DNA of 58,582 nt from Candidatus Aminicenantes bacterium (GTDB lineage: Bacteria > Acidobacteriota > Aminicenantia > Aminicenantales > UBA4085), in contig JALHTW010000230.1 in assembly GCA_022866045.1 (NCBI GenBank), positions 1 through 58,582 of the forward strand, read 5' to 3'. The notes beneath the pieces were generated by a model that did not search any database, was not told where the DNA came from, and worked only from the letters and a program-made list of their open reading frames with translations. How positions within the stretch are numbered: the stretch's first letter is position 1; each line of letters starts with the position of its first letter. The position numbers and the translations under genes were made by a program. This document shows positions 30,105 to 39,614 of the stretch, piece by piece.

Positions 30105-31133
30105 ATGACCGAAATAGGTTTTCAGAGGCCCAAATACCTCGAATGCGATTATGAGGCTTTGACCAGCACCTATGGACGTTTCACGGCCCAGCCTTTTGAG
30201 CGGGGCTTCGGCGTCACAGTTGGAAACGTTCTTCGCCGGATCCTGCTGTCCTCCATCAAGGGGGCAGCCATCACAGCCGTCCGGATCCAAGGCGTGCTTC
30301 ACGAGTTTTCGACCATTCCTGGCGTCGTCGAGGACGTGACCGACATCATCCTGAACCTGAAAAGCATCCCCCTGAAGCTCAATGGCCATGAGCCCAAGAC
30401 TATGACCCTGAAAAAAGAAGGGCCGGCTGCGACCAAGGCCTCTGATATCGTCTGCGACGCCGATATCGAGATCCTGGAGAAGGACATCCACGTCGCCTCG
30501 CTCGACAGGGACGGGAAGCTCGATATAGAAATGATCGTCCAGAACAGCCGCGGATACATCACGGCCGACATGAACTTCGACGAGAAGCTCGCCGTCGATT
30601 TCATCCCGCTCGACTCCTCGCATTCGCCCATCAAGAAGGTCAACTACCGTGTCGAGCCGGCCCGCGTCGGCAAGCGCATCGACTACGAGAGCCTGACGCT
30701 CGAGGTCTGGACGACGGGCGCCGTCCAGCCGATCGAAGCCATGGCCCAGGCGGCCAAGATCATACGGGACCATATGGTCATCTTCATGAACATCATCGAC
30801 GAGCCCATGGAGAAGGAACAGATCGTGGCGAAGCGGGAGATCCCCTACATGTCGCAGATGGACATTTTGTCCAAGCCGATCGAACACTTGGAACTCTCGG
30901 TCCGGTCGAACAATTGCCTCCGTTCCGCGGGTATCGAGAAGATCTTCGAGCTCGTCCAGAAGACTGAGGAGGAGTTGCTCAAGACCAAGAATTTCGGCCG
31001 CAAATCCCTGAGCGAGATCAAAGAGACGCTGGCGAACCTGAGCCTGGGTCTCAACCTTGACCTCCATCCCAAGCTGATCGAGAAGATCAGGGGCGAGTTG
31101 AAGAACGACAGGAGCAAGGAGTCAGATGAATGA
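30105..31133 (+). CDS. rpoA: DNA-directed RNA polymerase subunit alpha
   Basis: PFERGFGVTVGNVLRR, LSVRSNNCL, NFGRKSL. Confidence 0.97.
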   Translation: MTEIGFQRPKYLECDYEALTSTYGRFTAQPFERGFGVTVGNVLRRILLSSIKGAAITAVRIQGVLHEFSTIPGVVEDVTDIILNLKSIPLKLNGHEPKTMTLKKEGPAATKASDIVCDADIEILEKDIHVASLDRDGKLDIEMIVQNSRGYITADMNFDEKLAVDFIPLDSSHSPIKKVNYRVEPARVGKRIDYESLTLEVWTTGAVQPIEAMAQAAKIIRDHMVIFMNIIDEPMEKEQIVAKREIPYMSQMDILSKPIEHLELSVRSNNCLRSAGIEKIFELVQKTEEELLKTKNFGRKSLSEIKETLANLSLGLNLDLHPKLIEKIRGELKNDRSKESDE

Positions 31134-31543
31134 GGCATCTCGTTAAAGGCAGAAAACTCGGACGGACGACAGCGCACCGGAGAGCGCTGCTTCGCAACCT
31201 CGTCACGTCCTTCTTCGAAAAGGAGCGGATCCAGACGACCCTGGCCAAGGCCAAGGAGGCCCGGCCCTTTGCCGAGAAGATGATCACGCTGGCCAAGAAG
31301 AACACTTTGCCCACCCGGCGCCGGGCGCTGGCGTTTCTCACCAAGGAGTCCGCCGTCACCAGGCTGTTCAACGACATTGGTCCTCGCTTCTCCGAGCGGC
31401 CGGGCGGATACACCCGGATTGTGAAGACCGGGCTTCGCCTCGGCGACGGCGCGCAAATGGCCCTGCTCGAGCTCATCGGCTCGGAATACAAGAAGAAAGA
31501 AAAGAAGAAGAAGGACAAGGACAAGGGGCCGAAGAAGGCATAG
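31130..31543 (+). CDS. rplQ: 50S ribosomal protein L17
   Basis: MRH..RKLGRT, RPGGYTRI. Confidence 0.97.
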   Translation: MRHLVKGRKLGRTTAHRRALLRNLVTSFFEKERIQTTLAKAKEARPFAEKMITLAKKNTLPTRRRALAFLTKESAVTRLFNDIGPRFSERPGGYTRIVKTGLRLGDGAQMALLELIGSEYKKKEKKKKDKDKGPKKA

Positions 31544-31591
31544 AAGGCGAAGGGGTCATAGCCTCATTTTTTATGGTCGTTTAAATCTTAA

Positions 31592-31745
31592 GCAATTCTT
31601 TTCCCGGTATCAGGCCAGTTTCGGGTAGGGTCCTGTCGCGGCTCTTCCCCGGCCGTGCTCGCGGCCGGGCCGCTCCGCGCGGGCGGGGAGCCCCTTCGCC
31701 GCGCCACCCTGGCTCGACTTTCCGGCGCCCCGGAAAAAGAATTGC
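31592..31745 (+). repeat. 154-bp structured repeat with 16-bp terminal inverted repeats (MITE-like or ncRNA), copy 1
   Basis: GCAATTCTTTTCCCGG...CCGGAAAAAGAATTGC; reverse complement of 39615-39768 with about 9 mismatches. Confidence 0.85.
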
Positions 31746-31851
31746 CTGCGCTTAGATCCCATGTTTTGAGGTTTTAAAAAACCGCGCGTGGATCATTCCA
31801 TGATACAATCCATTCCTTCTCAACATCGTTTATGGGAAAATAAGAGAGTTG

Positions 31852-32313
31852 ATGAGAAAGCATGATTTTCCGTTCGCAGCTTTTGCCATATTTATCCTAA
31901 CCCTCGTCTTGATGTCCGGGTGCCTCCGGTTCAGACTGCTCTCCCTAGACGAACCAACAGTCGTTTTTGAGCGTGTCGTTTTCTGCGCCTCTCTCGACCA
32001 GAAGAAGGGCTGGGCTGAGCCCATCGGGGAAAAGGCTCTCTTTATAAAAGGGGTAGATTCAAACGTCTATTCCTTCCTCAATCTCAGAGACCTTCATGGG
32101 GTGCACTCCCTCTTTTGGAAATGGTATGCTCCCTCGCGCCGGCTATACCGCGTCACAGACAAGATCTCGGTGGGTGAAGAGGGGAAAATCTTTGAACGAT
32201 ATATCGCTTGGGATATGATCTATATCTCCGAAGACAAAGAAAGCGGCGCGTGGACTGTCGCCGTCTTCATGGACGATAAGGTGATCGCGGTCAAAGACTT
32301 CGAGATAAAATAA
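31852..32313 (+). CDS. Hypothetical lipoprotein, probably a beta-sandwich (DUF2914-like)
   Basis: Hydrophobic N-terminus with lipobox-like LMSG-C; WKWY..G.WTVAVF pattern; family uncertain. Confidence 0.6.
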   Translation: MRKHDFPFAAFAIFILTLVLMSGCLRFRLLSLDEPTVVFERVVFCASLDQKKGWAEPIGEKALFIKGVDSNVYSFLNLRDLHGVHSLFWKWYAPSRRLYRVTDKISVGEEGKIFERYIAWDMIYISEDKESGAWTVAVFMDDKVIAVKDFEIK

Positions 32314-32370
32314 ATTGAGGACGCAATTTCCTGTGCCCCAGGGACAGGGTAGTGTCGTCCCCTTATAATT
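32313..32370. repeat. REP/REPIN-like hairpin between convergent genes
   Basis: AATTGAGGACG..CCTGTGCCC-CA-GGGACAGG..CGTCCCCTTATAATT. Confidence 0.5.
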
Positions 32371-32376
32371 TTTCTT

Positions 32377-33822
32377 TCAGCCCCGGCCTGGGATCCTCAA
32401 CCGCTGTCCAATCCGGATCAAATAGGGATTCTTGATTCCGTTCAGCTTGACGATTGCCTGGACCGAAGTGCGGTATTTGGCCGCGATCTGGGACAAGGTT
32501 TCTCCTGCCCGGACCACGTGCACGGAAGGTTCGGCAGGGACGAATTTAGGGAGGCTGCTGATGATCTGGAGGGTCTTTTCACCATAACCGACCGGCACGC
32601 GGAGCGAATATTCGTGGTCGGGCGTAGAATCTTGCCGCAGTTCAGGGTTGAGATAGGACAGCTCCGAGCTTTCGAGCCCGAGCGCCACGGAGAGTGTCGC
32701 CAGCTTGGTCGGATGGTTGATAGTGATCGTCTCGAATTTGAGGGGCGGGTACGGCGTCGGCAGAGTGAAGCCGTATTTCTCGGGGTTCTTGATGATGAGC
32801 ACGGTCCCGATAAACCGGGGGACGAAACGCGCCGTTTCATAAGGAAGCCTTCTAAAGAGGTCCCAGAAGTTGTCCAGATAATTGACCTTCTGGGTGTTGA
32901 TGACGTTCTGGACGCGCATTTCGCCGCAGTTGTAGGCCGCCAGGGCGGTCGTCCAATCGCCGAAGAAGGAATGGAGCTCGTCGAGATATTTGATGGCTGC
33001 TTGCGTCGCCTTGTAGGGGTCCATGCGCTCGTCCACGAAACGGTCCTGGGTCAGGCCGTACCGGTAACCCGTGGAGCGCATGAATTGCCACATGCCCATT
33101 GCCCGGGCCCGGGACAGCGCCCGGGCCTGATACCAGCTTTCGATGACCGGCAGCCAGCACAATTCTTCGGGGAGGCCGGCTTTCCTGAGTTCCTCCTGGA
33201 TCCAGTCCTTGTAAAGTCCTGCTCTCTGGTAGGCGGCTTCGAAAGTCTTCCGCTCGCTGCCCTTGAACAGTTCGATCTCCCGGCGGACAAACTCGTTCTC
33301 GACCAGGGGGATGGATTTTCCATTGCCCTTGATCGGGTTGCGGCCTGAGGCGTTGATTTCCAGGATGCGCTGGGCGATCAGAAGCCGCAGGTCGTTCTTT
33401 TCCTGAAGGAGGGGAGAATCCGCTGGCAGATCGACTTTCAAAATGATCTTATAGGCATCATCCAGTGCCTTGAGAGCCGCATTCATGTCGCCGCGTTCCC
33501 AGGCGAGCTTCGCCTCCTGATAGACCATGAGGGCTTCCTCGAGCAGGGCAGAGGGTTCGTCTTTTTCCAAGTTGGCGGCTTTCTGCTGGAGGGCCGTTTC
33601 TTCTTCTACGGCTTTTTTCTCTTCAGGGGGGATGATAGTCTTGGCTTCAGCGGCTCTATTCTCCTGAGGCTGCGTCGTCTGGGGAGGGGTGGATTGCGGC
33701 GCCGGCTGTTCGAGGACGGTTTTTTGGGGAGTTTGCGTCGGCTTGGGGCCGGATGAACAGCCCCAAAGGAAGACGGCCAGGAGCGCACATATGAGGATCC
33801 GGCCTTTTGTAGTTGTCTGCAT
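32377..33822 (-). CDS. mltD: Membrane-bound lytic murein transglycosylase D-like lipoprotein with LysM domain
   Basis: Lipobox LWG-C; SLT motifs [24 protein letters not shown]; C-terminal Lys[14 protein letters not shown]. Confidence 0.85.
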   Translation of the reverse strand: MQTTTKGRILICALLAVFLWGCSSGPKPTQTPQKTVLEQPAPQSTPPQTTQPQENRAAEAKTIIPPEEKKAVEEETALQQKAANLEKDEPSALLEEALMVYQEAKLAWERGDMNAALKALDDAYKIILKVDLPADSPLLQEKNDLRLLIAQRILEINASGRNPIKGNGKSIPLVENEFVRREIELFKGSERKTFEAAYQRAGLYKDWIQEELRKAGLPEELCWLPVIESWYQARALSRARAMGMWQFMRSTGYRYGLTQDRFVDERMDPYKATQAAIKYLDELHSFFGDWTTALAAYNCGEMRVQNVINTQKVNYLDNFWDLFRRLPYETARFVPRFIGTVLIIKNPEKYGFTLPTPYPPLKFETITINHPTKLATLSVALGLESSELSYLNPELRQDSTPDHEYSLRVPVGYGEKTLQIISSLPKFVPAEPSVHVVRAGETLSQIAAKYRTSVQAIVKLNGIKNPYLIRIGQRLRIPGRG

Positions 33823-33836
33823 GATTAAAAGAGATA

Positions 33837-33865
33837 CTTATACCATGCGGGAAAGGATGAGTCAA
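33837..33865 (-). promoter_or_regulatory. sigma70-type promoter for the mltD-like gene
   Basis: TTGACT-17 nt-TATAAG on minus strand with TGn. Confidence 0.55.
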
Positions 33866-33877
33866 CCATGTCAAAAA

Positions 33878-34185
33878 GGGTCGCGTCTACACTTTCCACT
33901 TTTTTGTCTCGACTGGGAATATCGGACTCCGTTCGCGTTGAGTCTTATAGAATCTTATTAAACTCAAAAGGCGAGTCGAGTGCCCAGAGGCTTTTTATCA
34001 TGTCACGTTGAGAGGAAACCAAAAACAACGGATTGTTCTCGCCGACCGCGATAGGTCCGTCCTTCGTCAGGAAGATTTTTCGACAGATGAAAGAAAATCT
34101 TGCCTAGAATTACATCCTGCAAGGCGCTGTCCAGGAGATCGAAAAATCCCTCTCTGAGAAAAAGTGGAAAGTGTAGACGCGACCC
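33878..34185 (+). mobile_element. Internally deleted Y1/RAYT-type transposase element with perfect 27-bp terminal inverted repeats
   Basis: GGGTCGCGTCTACACTTTCCACTTTTT (33878-33904) and its exact reverse complement (34159-34185) enclose a transposase fragment. Confidence 0.8.
33969..34157 (+). pseudogene. N-terminal fragment of an IS200-like/REP-associated tyrosine transposase
   Basis: Start-less frame RRVECPEAFYHVTLRGNQKQRIVLADRDR resembles the Y1 N-terminal pattern R.E.PGA.YHV..RGN..Q.IF.D..DR; HUH and catalytic Tyr regions absent. Confidence 0.75.
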
Positions 34186-34197
34186 CGTGTTTAGAGC

Positions 34198-35166
34198 TTA
34201 TTTCCGGTGCCAGCGCCAGGCGGTCTCGATGATGGTCTCGATTTCGGAGTTCCGGAGCTTCCAGCCGAGCAGGCGCTCGGCCTTGTCTTTGGAGGCGAGG
34301 AGCACCGGCACATCGCCTTCCCGCTTGGGCATTTCCCGAACCGGGACCTTCTTTCCGGTGATCTTTTCAGCCCGGGCGATGACCTCCTTGACGGAATATC
34401 CCCGGTTAGTTCCCAGATTGATGAATTCGCTCCGCGGGGAGGCCATGAGCTTCTGGAGGGCCAGGACATGGGCATTCGCCAGGTCCGTGACATGGATATA
34501 ATCCCGAATGGCTGTCCCGTCCGGCGTGGGGAAGTCCGTGCCGAATATGTCCAGGTTTTCCTTTCTCCCGAGAACAGAGAGAAGAATATTGGGTATGAGG
34601 TGGGTTTCCGGGTCGTGGCATTCGCCCATCTCGCCGTCCGGATCTGCGCCCGAGGCGTTGAAATACCGGAGGGAGATGAATTTGAGCTTGTAGGCCCGGT
34701 CATAGTCCTGGAGGATCCGTTCCACAAAGAATTTCGTCTGGCCGTAGGGATTGAAGGGGTCGAGCGGATGGTCCTCCGGGATCGGGATCTGCTTCGGGAT
34801 GCCGTACACGGCTGCGCTTGAGGAAAAAATGAAATTCCTGACCCCGGCTTCAAGCATTTCATCGAGAAGGTTCAGGCTCGATGTCAGGTTCTGGGTGTAA
34901 TATTTCCGGGGATGGATATAGGATTCGCTGACCTGGATGAGGGACGCGAAATGGAGAACGGCGGCGATATTTTGCGATTTGAACGCGCTCCGAATATCGT
35001 CTTTTACCTCGAGGTCGCCGACGATGAGCTCCGCGTCCCGGACGAATTCTCGCCTTCCGGTCGATAAATTATCAAAAACAACGACGTCAAAACCCTGTTT
35101 TCGAAGCTCTTTGACGGTGTGAGAGCCGATATACCCCGCCCCGCCAGCCACCAGGATCTTGCTCAT
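34198..35166 (-). CDS. galE: UDP-glucose 4-epimerase
   Basis: GGAGYIGSH, FSSSAAVYG, YGQTK, LRYFNA, RDYIHV. Confidence 0.93.
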   Translation of the reverse strand: MSKILVAGGAGYIGSHTVKELRKQGFDVVVFDNLSTGRREFVRDAELIVGDLEVKDDIRSAFKSQNIAAVLHFASLIQVSESYIHPRKYYTQNLTSSLNLLDEMLEAGVRNFIFSSSAAVYGIPKQIPIPEDHPLDPFNPYGQTKFFVERILQDYDRAYKLKFISLRYFNASGADPDGEMGECHDPETHLIPNILLSVLGRKENLDIFGTDFPTPDGTAIRDYIHVTDLANAHVLALQKLMASPRSEFINLGTNRGYSVKEVIARAEKITGKKVPVREMPKREGDVPVLLASKDKAERLLGWKLRNSEIETIIETAWRWHRK

Positions 35167-36605
35167 GATGCCTCGGCCATCAGCTTCCTCGCGAGTCTAA
35201 GCCCCTGGGCTTTGGTTTCAAACTCGTTGTCCAACTGACGTTTATAGATCTCGCTCAATATTTTCCCCATGTCCGGCCCCGGCTCAACTCCCAGCTTGAT
35301 CAGGTCCCTCCCCATAATGAGAGGTTTGATCGTCTCCTTGTTGACGCGGAGCTCCTCGAATTTCCTGAGCAGCCACTTTCCCTCCCGGTCCAGGCTTTTG
35401 ATAGGCCGTTCCCTCCGCCCGCCGCGGTCCGCGGCATCAAGATACGCGAGGAGCTCGATCTCGCCGTCCGTGTCCGCCGCCAGCTTGTTGAACGCCTTCC
35501 GGGTGACGGTGTCGCGGTTCAGCCACAGCTCCGCGGCCCGGTGATGGGTTTTGATCAGCATGAGCGCGGTCTTCCGGAGGGGATAGCCGTTCCAGGAGAA
35601 AATCTTGAACCGGCCGAAAATCTTCCTCGCGAGCCGCTCGCTGGCGCCGTCGTGGCCGGCGCTGGTGATCACCATCCGGCCCCGCTTGAACTCCCACTGG
35701 GTCGTCTCCGATTTCCCGACGTCGTGATACAGGGCCGCCAGGAGAAGAGCCAGTGTTTTGGCCGGCTCGAGCTTGAACAACACGGAGAGACGGCGCGCCT
35801 GGTCCACCGCCAGTTTGGTGTGGTGCCAGACCGTATGGTGGCCGAAATCATCTTTTTCGGGATGAAAAACCGAATCCTGGATGATGAGGGTCAGGGCATA
35901 GAGCTCGGGAAAGAGCTGGCGCAGCGCGCCTAATTTAAAGAGCTCCTCGAGCCCCAGGGACGGGCGCTCGGAAAAAAGAAGGATTTTGAAGACCTCTTCG
36001 TTGACGCGTTCGATGCTGAGGCGGGTAAGGTCGATGTTTTTCGCGAGCTCGTATGTCGAGGCGTCCACGGCAAAGCCGAGGACCGAGGCGAAGCGGGCCG
36101 CCCTGAGGACTCTGAGCGGGTCCTCGGGAAACGCTTTCGGGTTCGTCACGCGGATGAGCTTGGCCCGGATGTCTGCGGCGCCGTCGAACGGGTCGACGAG
36201 CTTCCCGTCCGCGAGGCGCAAGGCAATGCTGTTCAACCGGAAGTCCCGTCGTTCGAGATCTTCCTTGATGGGGAGGTAGGGGTTGGCGGATACCAGGATG
36301 TCCTTGTGGCCGCGCGCCCCTTCGCCCTTGGGCCGGTCCTTGCGGGGCAGGGCGACGTCGTAAGATTTCCCTTTGATCGTGAACTTCACGATCCCGAAGC
36401 TTTTCCCGACGAGGTCCACCTTGCCGAAAGGCTCGATCTTGGCCACGATATCCTGGAGCGGGCGCCGGGTGATGAGGATGTCCACGTCCTCGGAATGGAT
36501 GCCCCGGAGCCAGTCCCGGACGAAGCCGCCGACGGCATAGACGTCTTTGCCGAAAAGCTTGACAAAGAGCTTTTTGTCGCAGAAATCGGCCTCCAGATTT
36601 CTCAT
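35163..36605 (-). CDS. cca: CCA tRNA nucleotidyltransferase / poly(A) polymerase family protein with HD domain
   Basis: VGGFVRD, DVD, DLERRDFRLN, EDPLRVLRAARF, YHDVGK; start ATG 36605 or GTG 36614 because a promoter overlaps the longer track ORF; specificity (CCA, CC or A) not determinable by eye. Confidence 0.8.
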   Translation of the reverse strand: MRNLEADFCDKKLFVKLFGKDVYAVGGFVRDWLRGIHSEDVDILITRRPLQDIVAKIEPFGKVDLVGKSFGIVKFTIKGKSYDVALPRKDRPKGEGARGHKDILVSANPYLPIKEDLERRDFRLNSIALRLADGKLVDPFDGAADIRAKLIRVTNPKAFPEDPLRVLRAARFASVLGFAVDASTYELAKNIDLTRLSIERVNEEVFKILLFSERPSLGLEELFKLGALRQLFPELYALTLIIQDSVFHPEKDDFGHHTVWHHTKLAVDQARRLSVLFKLEPAKTLALLLAALYHDVGKSETTQWEFKRGRMVITSAGHDGASERLARKIFGRFKIFSWNGYPLRKTALMLIKTHHRAAELWLNRDTVTRKAFNKLAADTDGEIELLAYLDAADRGGRRERPIKSLDREGKWLLRKFEELRVNKETIKPLIMGRDLIKLGVEPGPDMGKILSEIYKRQLDNEFETKAQGLRLARKLMAEAS

Positions 36606-36621
36606 GGGTTCCACGGGCTTA

Positions 36622-36650
36622 ATTATAGGAACTGCAGGGGCCAAGTGCAA
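36622..36650 (-). promoter_or_regulatory. sigma70-type promoter for cca-galE
   Basis: TTGCAC-17 nt-TATAAT on minus strand. Confidence 0.6.
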
Positions 36651-36725
36651 TTTTTATTTTAAATGCGAGATCGGCCTGTACTCATGACCTCCCTTAGGCC
36701 TTTAATGACAAATGCTCATGTTCGT

Positions 36726-36754
36726 TTGACCCCGCTGCGGCCTTGGTGTAAACT
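36726..36754 (+). promoter_or_regulatory. sigma70-type promoter for the LEA_2 gene
   Basis: TTGACC-17 nt-TAAACT. Confidence 0.5.
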
Positions 36755-36783
36755 GTGAGATTCAAAATAAATAAAGGAACTTT

Positions 36784-37635
36784 GTGGTGAAGAAGGCAAT
36801 TCTTGTTGCGGCCCTGGTGAGTGCGTGGGCCGTTGTCGCGGGCTTTGCGGCATCCTCCCAAAAATATGATGTCGAGATCTCTCTCCGGGAGAAGAAGATC
36901 CTTGACCTCACGCCGGAGGGCCTCTCCCTCGTTTTTCACCTCGACATATACAACACGTTGTCCGCGCCTCTGTTTCTCACCAAATATGACTATCGGGTCG
37001 TGATCAATGAGACGGAATACCTGAACCTTAAGACGTCGCTGGATGAGCCCATCAGGGTCGAACCCAAAAGCGGACTTCTCATCGCCCTGCCGGTCAAGGT
37101 TACGTATGAATATCTTTTTCAGACGGTGCCTGATGTCCGGACAAAAGACCAGGCAGCCTGCTTTCTCATCGGCGGTATCGTTTTTCAGGACGAAAAGAAG
37201 AAAGAGAAGAGGGTTCCGGTCGCCTTTTCCGGCGATCTTCCCATCTACCGCGAGCTCGAGATGCGAATCCTGCCGGTTGAGGCCAAGGACCTGACCATCG
37301 GCGGGGCAAACCTCGTTTTCAAGGCCGCGCTGAAGAACCCGAACGGATTTTCCTTTAAAATCGATCGAGTAACCTACAGACTGGATTTCGTGGGCAAGAC
37401 CGTATCCGAAGGGGCTGTCGGACAGGGGATTGCCGTGGAGAGCCGGGGCGAAAGAGCCTTCGCCATTCCTCTGCTTTTGGACTTTTTCGAGGTCGGCAAA
37501 GCCGTCTACGACGGCCTGGAACAGCCGCCCGTGGCTGTGCACTTCTCGGGCGAAGTCGAGGTCAGCTCCCTATGGGGGAGTTTCACGATCCCCTTCAATA
37601 AAAGCGATAAAGTCGCCGTTCAGAAGATCTCTTGA
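36784..37635 (+). CDS. Exported protein with two LEA_2/WHy domains
   Basis: Signal peptide; two repeats including L.NPNGFSFKIDRVTY.L, typical of LEA_2. Confidence 0.7.
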   Translation: MVKKAILVAALVSAWAVVAGFAASSQKYDVEISLREKKILDLTPEGLSLVFHLDIYNTLSAPLFLTKYDYRVVINETEYLNLKTSLDEPIRVEPKSGLLIALPVKVTYEYLFQTVPDVRTKDQAACFLIGGIVFQDEKKKEKRVPVAFSGDLPIYRELEMRILPVEAKDLTIGGANLVFKAALKNPNGFSFKIDRVTYRLDFVGKTVSEGAVGQGIAVESRGERAFAIPLLLDFFEVGKAVYDGLEQPPVAVHFSGEVEVSSLWGSFTIPFNKSDKVAVQKIS

Positions 37636-37811
37636 TCAGCGTCATCATTTCCACCTGCTGGGGATATTCGACAAGGTCTTGTTTCTCTGTTTCCTGGGCC
37701 TCTCCGCAGCGGCTTTATGAAGCGAAAGAATCAGGCCGAAGTGGAAAAATATTCAGCGATCATCGAGAAATATAAAACGGCGTCTGACCCCGGCCTTTTT
37801 AAGGGAAGGCG

Positions 37812-38597
37812 TCAGAGCCAATAATTGATCCCCAGCGAGAATTGATAGCTGCCGATGTCGAAGGGGCCGAAGCCATGGAACGAACTGGTGAGCTTGCCTT
37901 TGGCGTTGCTATATTTAAATTCGAAGTCGATCGTCAGCCTGTTCGCCACAGGGATCATAAGCCCACCGAAGACGTGGTAGCCGAAGCTGATTTTCCCGAA
38001 GTTCTCGCCTTCCAGGACATCTACCTGGTAGATCGGATAGCCCGTTATATTGTTGCCGCTGAGGTCCGCAAAGTCTTCACCACCGCTAAAATCAATGATA
38101 TCGCCCTGCATGCGGATACTCCAGAGATAAAGCCCCGCGCCGGCGCCGACATAGGGAATCAATTTATTTCGCCGGCCGAATGGAGCGATCTTGATAGAGA
38201 GCTGGGCCGGCGTGATCGAAATGTTCAGGCGGTGCATAGGCGCGAAATCGCCTTGGTAAGCATTGGGAAACGCCCAGTTGCCGCTATCCAATTGAATGCC
38301 GACATAATTTTTATAGTATCCAGATTTGTTCTTACTGAAGGTGTCGAGGCCGAACACGAGGCTGAACTCCTGGGTCAGGAGATATTCGTAGGCGAAGCCG
38401 AACGAGGTGTCCTGGAAATTTGATTTCGTATAATTCATATTTTCGAATTCGCTCGTCCAGAGACTATCCGGCCAGCCGGGACCGCTTTGAGCGCGGGGAA
38501 TGAAGTAATTCACTTTGAATGAAACGATGTTCGAATAGCCCAGCGCGGCGACCGTCAAGAAGACGATCATCGCGGCGAGAATTTTCTTTTTCACCAT
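37812..38597 (-). CDS. Outer-membrane beta-barrel protein (paralog B)
   Basis: Signal peptide, amphipathic strands, IPYVGAGAGLY, C-terminal GINYWL. Confidence 0.75.
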   Translation of the reverse strand: MVKKKILAAMIVFLTVAALGYSNIVSFKVNYFIPRAQSGPGWPDSLWTSEFENMNYTKSNFQDTSFGFAYEYLLTQEFSLVFGLDTFSKNKSGYYKNYVGIQLDSGNWAFPNAYQGDFAPMHRLNISITPAQLSIKIAPFGRRNKLIPYVGAGAGLYLWSIRMQGDIIDFSGGEDFADLSGNNITGYPIYQVDVLEGENFGKISFGYHVFGGLMIPVANRLTIDFEFKYSNAKGKLTSSFHGFGPFDIGSYQFSLGINYWL

Positions 38598-38640
38598 CCG
38601 ACTCCTGCGTTTGCGATTTTTAAATTATGAGGCCAGGTTT

Positions 38641-39441
38641 TCAGAACCAATAATTGAGTCCCAGAGAGATATGATAACCGCCGAGGTCAAAGGGAGCGAA
38701 GCCTTCGAATCCCTCGGTGAACTTGCCCTTGGCCATGTTGTATTTGAACCCGATGTCGAGCGTCAACGCGTTGGTCAAGGAAAACATGAAGCCGCCGAGA
38801 ACATGATAGCCAAAGCTGACCTTCCCGAGGTTCTCCCCTTCCCGGGCATCCACCGCGTAGATTGGATAGACCGGCAGTTCGTCTCCTTGGGTGGTTTCAT
38901 AGACGTATTCGTCGTCGAAGTCGATCATATCGCCATACATCCGGACGCTCCAGAAATACACCCCCACGCCGGCGCCGACATAGGGAATGAGCTTGTTCCG
39001 CCGGCCGAACGGAGCGATTTTCAGCGAAAGCTGGACCGGCGTGATCGAAATGTCCAGGTTGTGACCGGTTGAAAATGTGTCCACATCCATATATTTATCA
39101 TATTGGGAGAGGACTGCCCACCATTCATTGTCCAACTCAAAACCGACATAATCCCTGTAGAGCCCAGAATTATTCTTGTGGTAAAACGCGTCGATGGAGA
39201 ACTCAAGGCTGAACGCCCGCGTGAGGAAATATTCATAGGAAAGTCCCAGCGACATTCCTTGGAAATGTGATTTGGCGAAGTCCATGTTGTCGAACTCGAT
39301 GGTCCATAAGCTGTCCTGCCAGCTCGGACCGCTTTGGGCGCGCGGGATGAAGTAATTCATTTTAAGAGAAAAGGTATTCGAATAGCCCAGGGCCGAAATC
39401 ACGAACAAGGCTGTCAGTGCCAATGCGATCTTCTTTTTCAT
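38641..39441 (-). CDS. Outer-membrane beta-barrel protein (paralog A)
   Basis: Signal peptide, IPYVGAGVGVY, C-terminal Bam-type signature GLNYWF; clearly homologous to 37812-38597. Confidence 0.78.
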   Translation of the reverse strand: MKKKIALALTALFVISALGYSNTFSLKMNYFIPRAQSGPSWQDSLWTIEFDNMDFAKSHFQGMSLGLSYEYFLTRAFSLEFSIDAFYHKNNSGLYRDYVGFELDNEWWAVLSQYDKYMDVDTFSTGHNLDISITPVQLSLKIAPFGRRNKLIPYVGAGVGVYFWSVRMYGDMIDFDDEYVYETTQGDELPVYPIYAVDAREGENLGKVSFGYHVLGGFMFSLTNALTLDIGFKYNMAKGKFTEGFEGFAPFDLGGYHISLGLNYWF

Positions 39442-39465
39442 CGTCTTTCTCCTTCACTTGTTTTT

Positions 39466-39483
39466 ATGCAAAAACTATGCCAA
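39466..39483 (-). promoter_or_regulatory. sigma54 (RpoN) -24/-12 promoter for the OMP pair
   Basis: TTGGCAT-AGTTT-TTGCAT on minus strand, exact GG-N10-GC spacing, about 25 nt above the start codon. Confidence 0.7.
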
Positions 39484-39614
39484 ATTGCGAGGCCGAATAT
39501 CCAGGCAGCCGGACCAGGGAGATGTGGCGAAAAGGGGTCAATTGTCCTCTTTCCAGGCAGTCCCAGTCCATTAGTTTAAACCGCCCTCCAGCGCTTGTAA
39601 AGCAGCGATGATTA

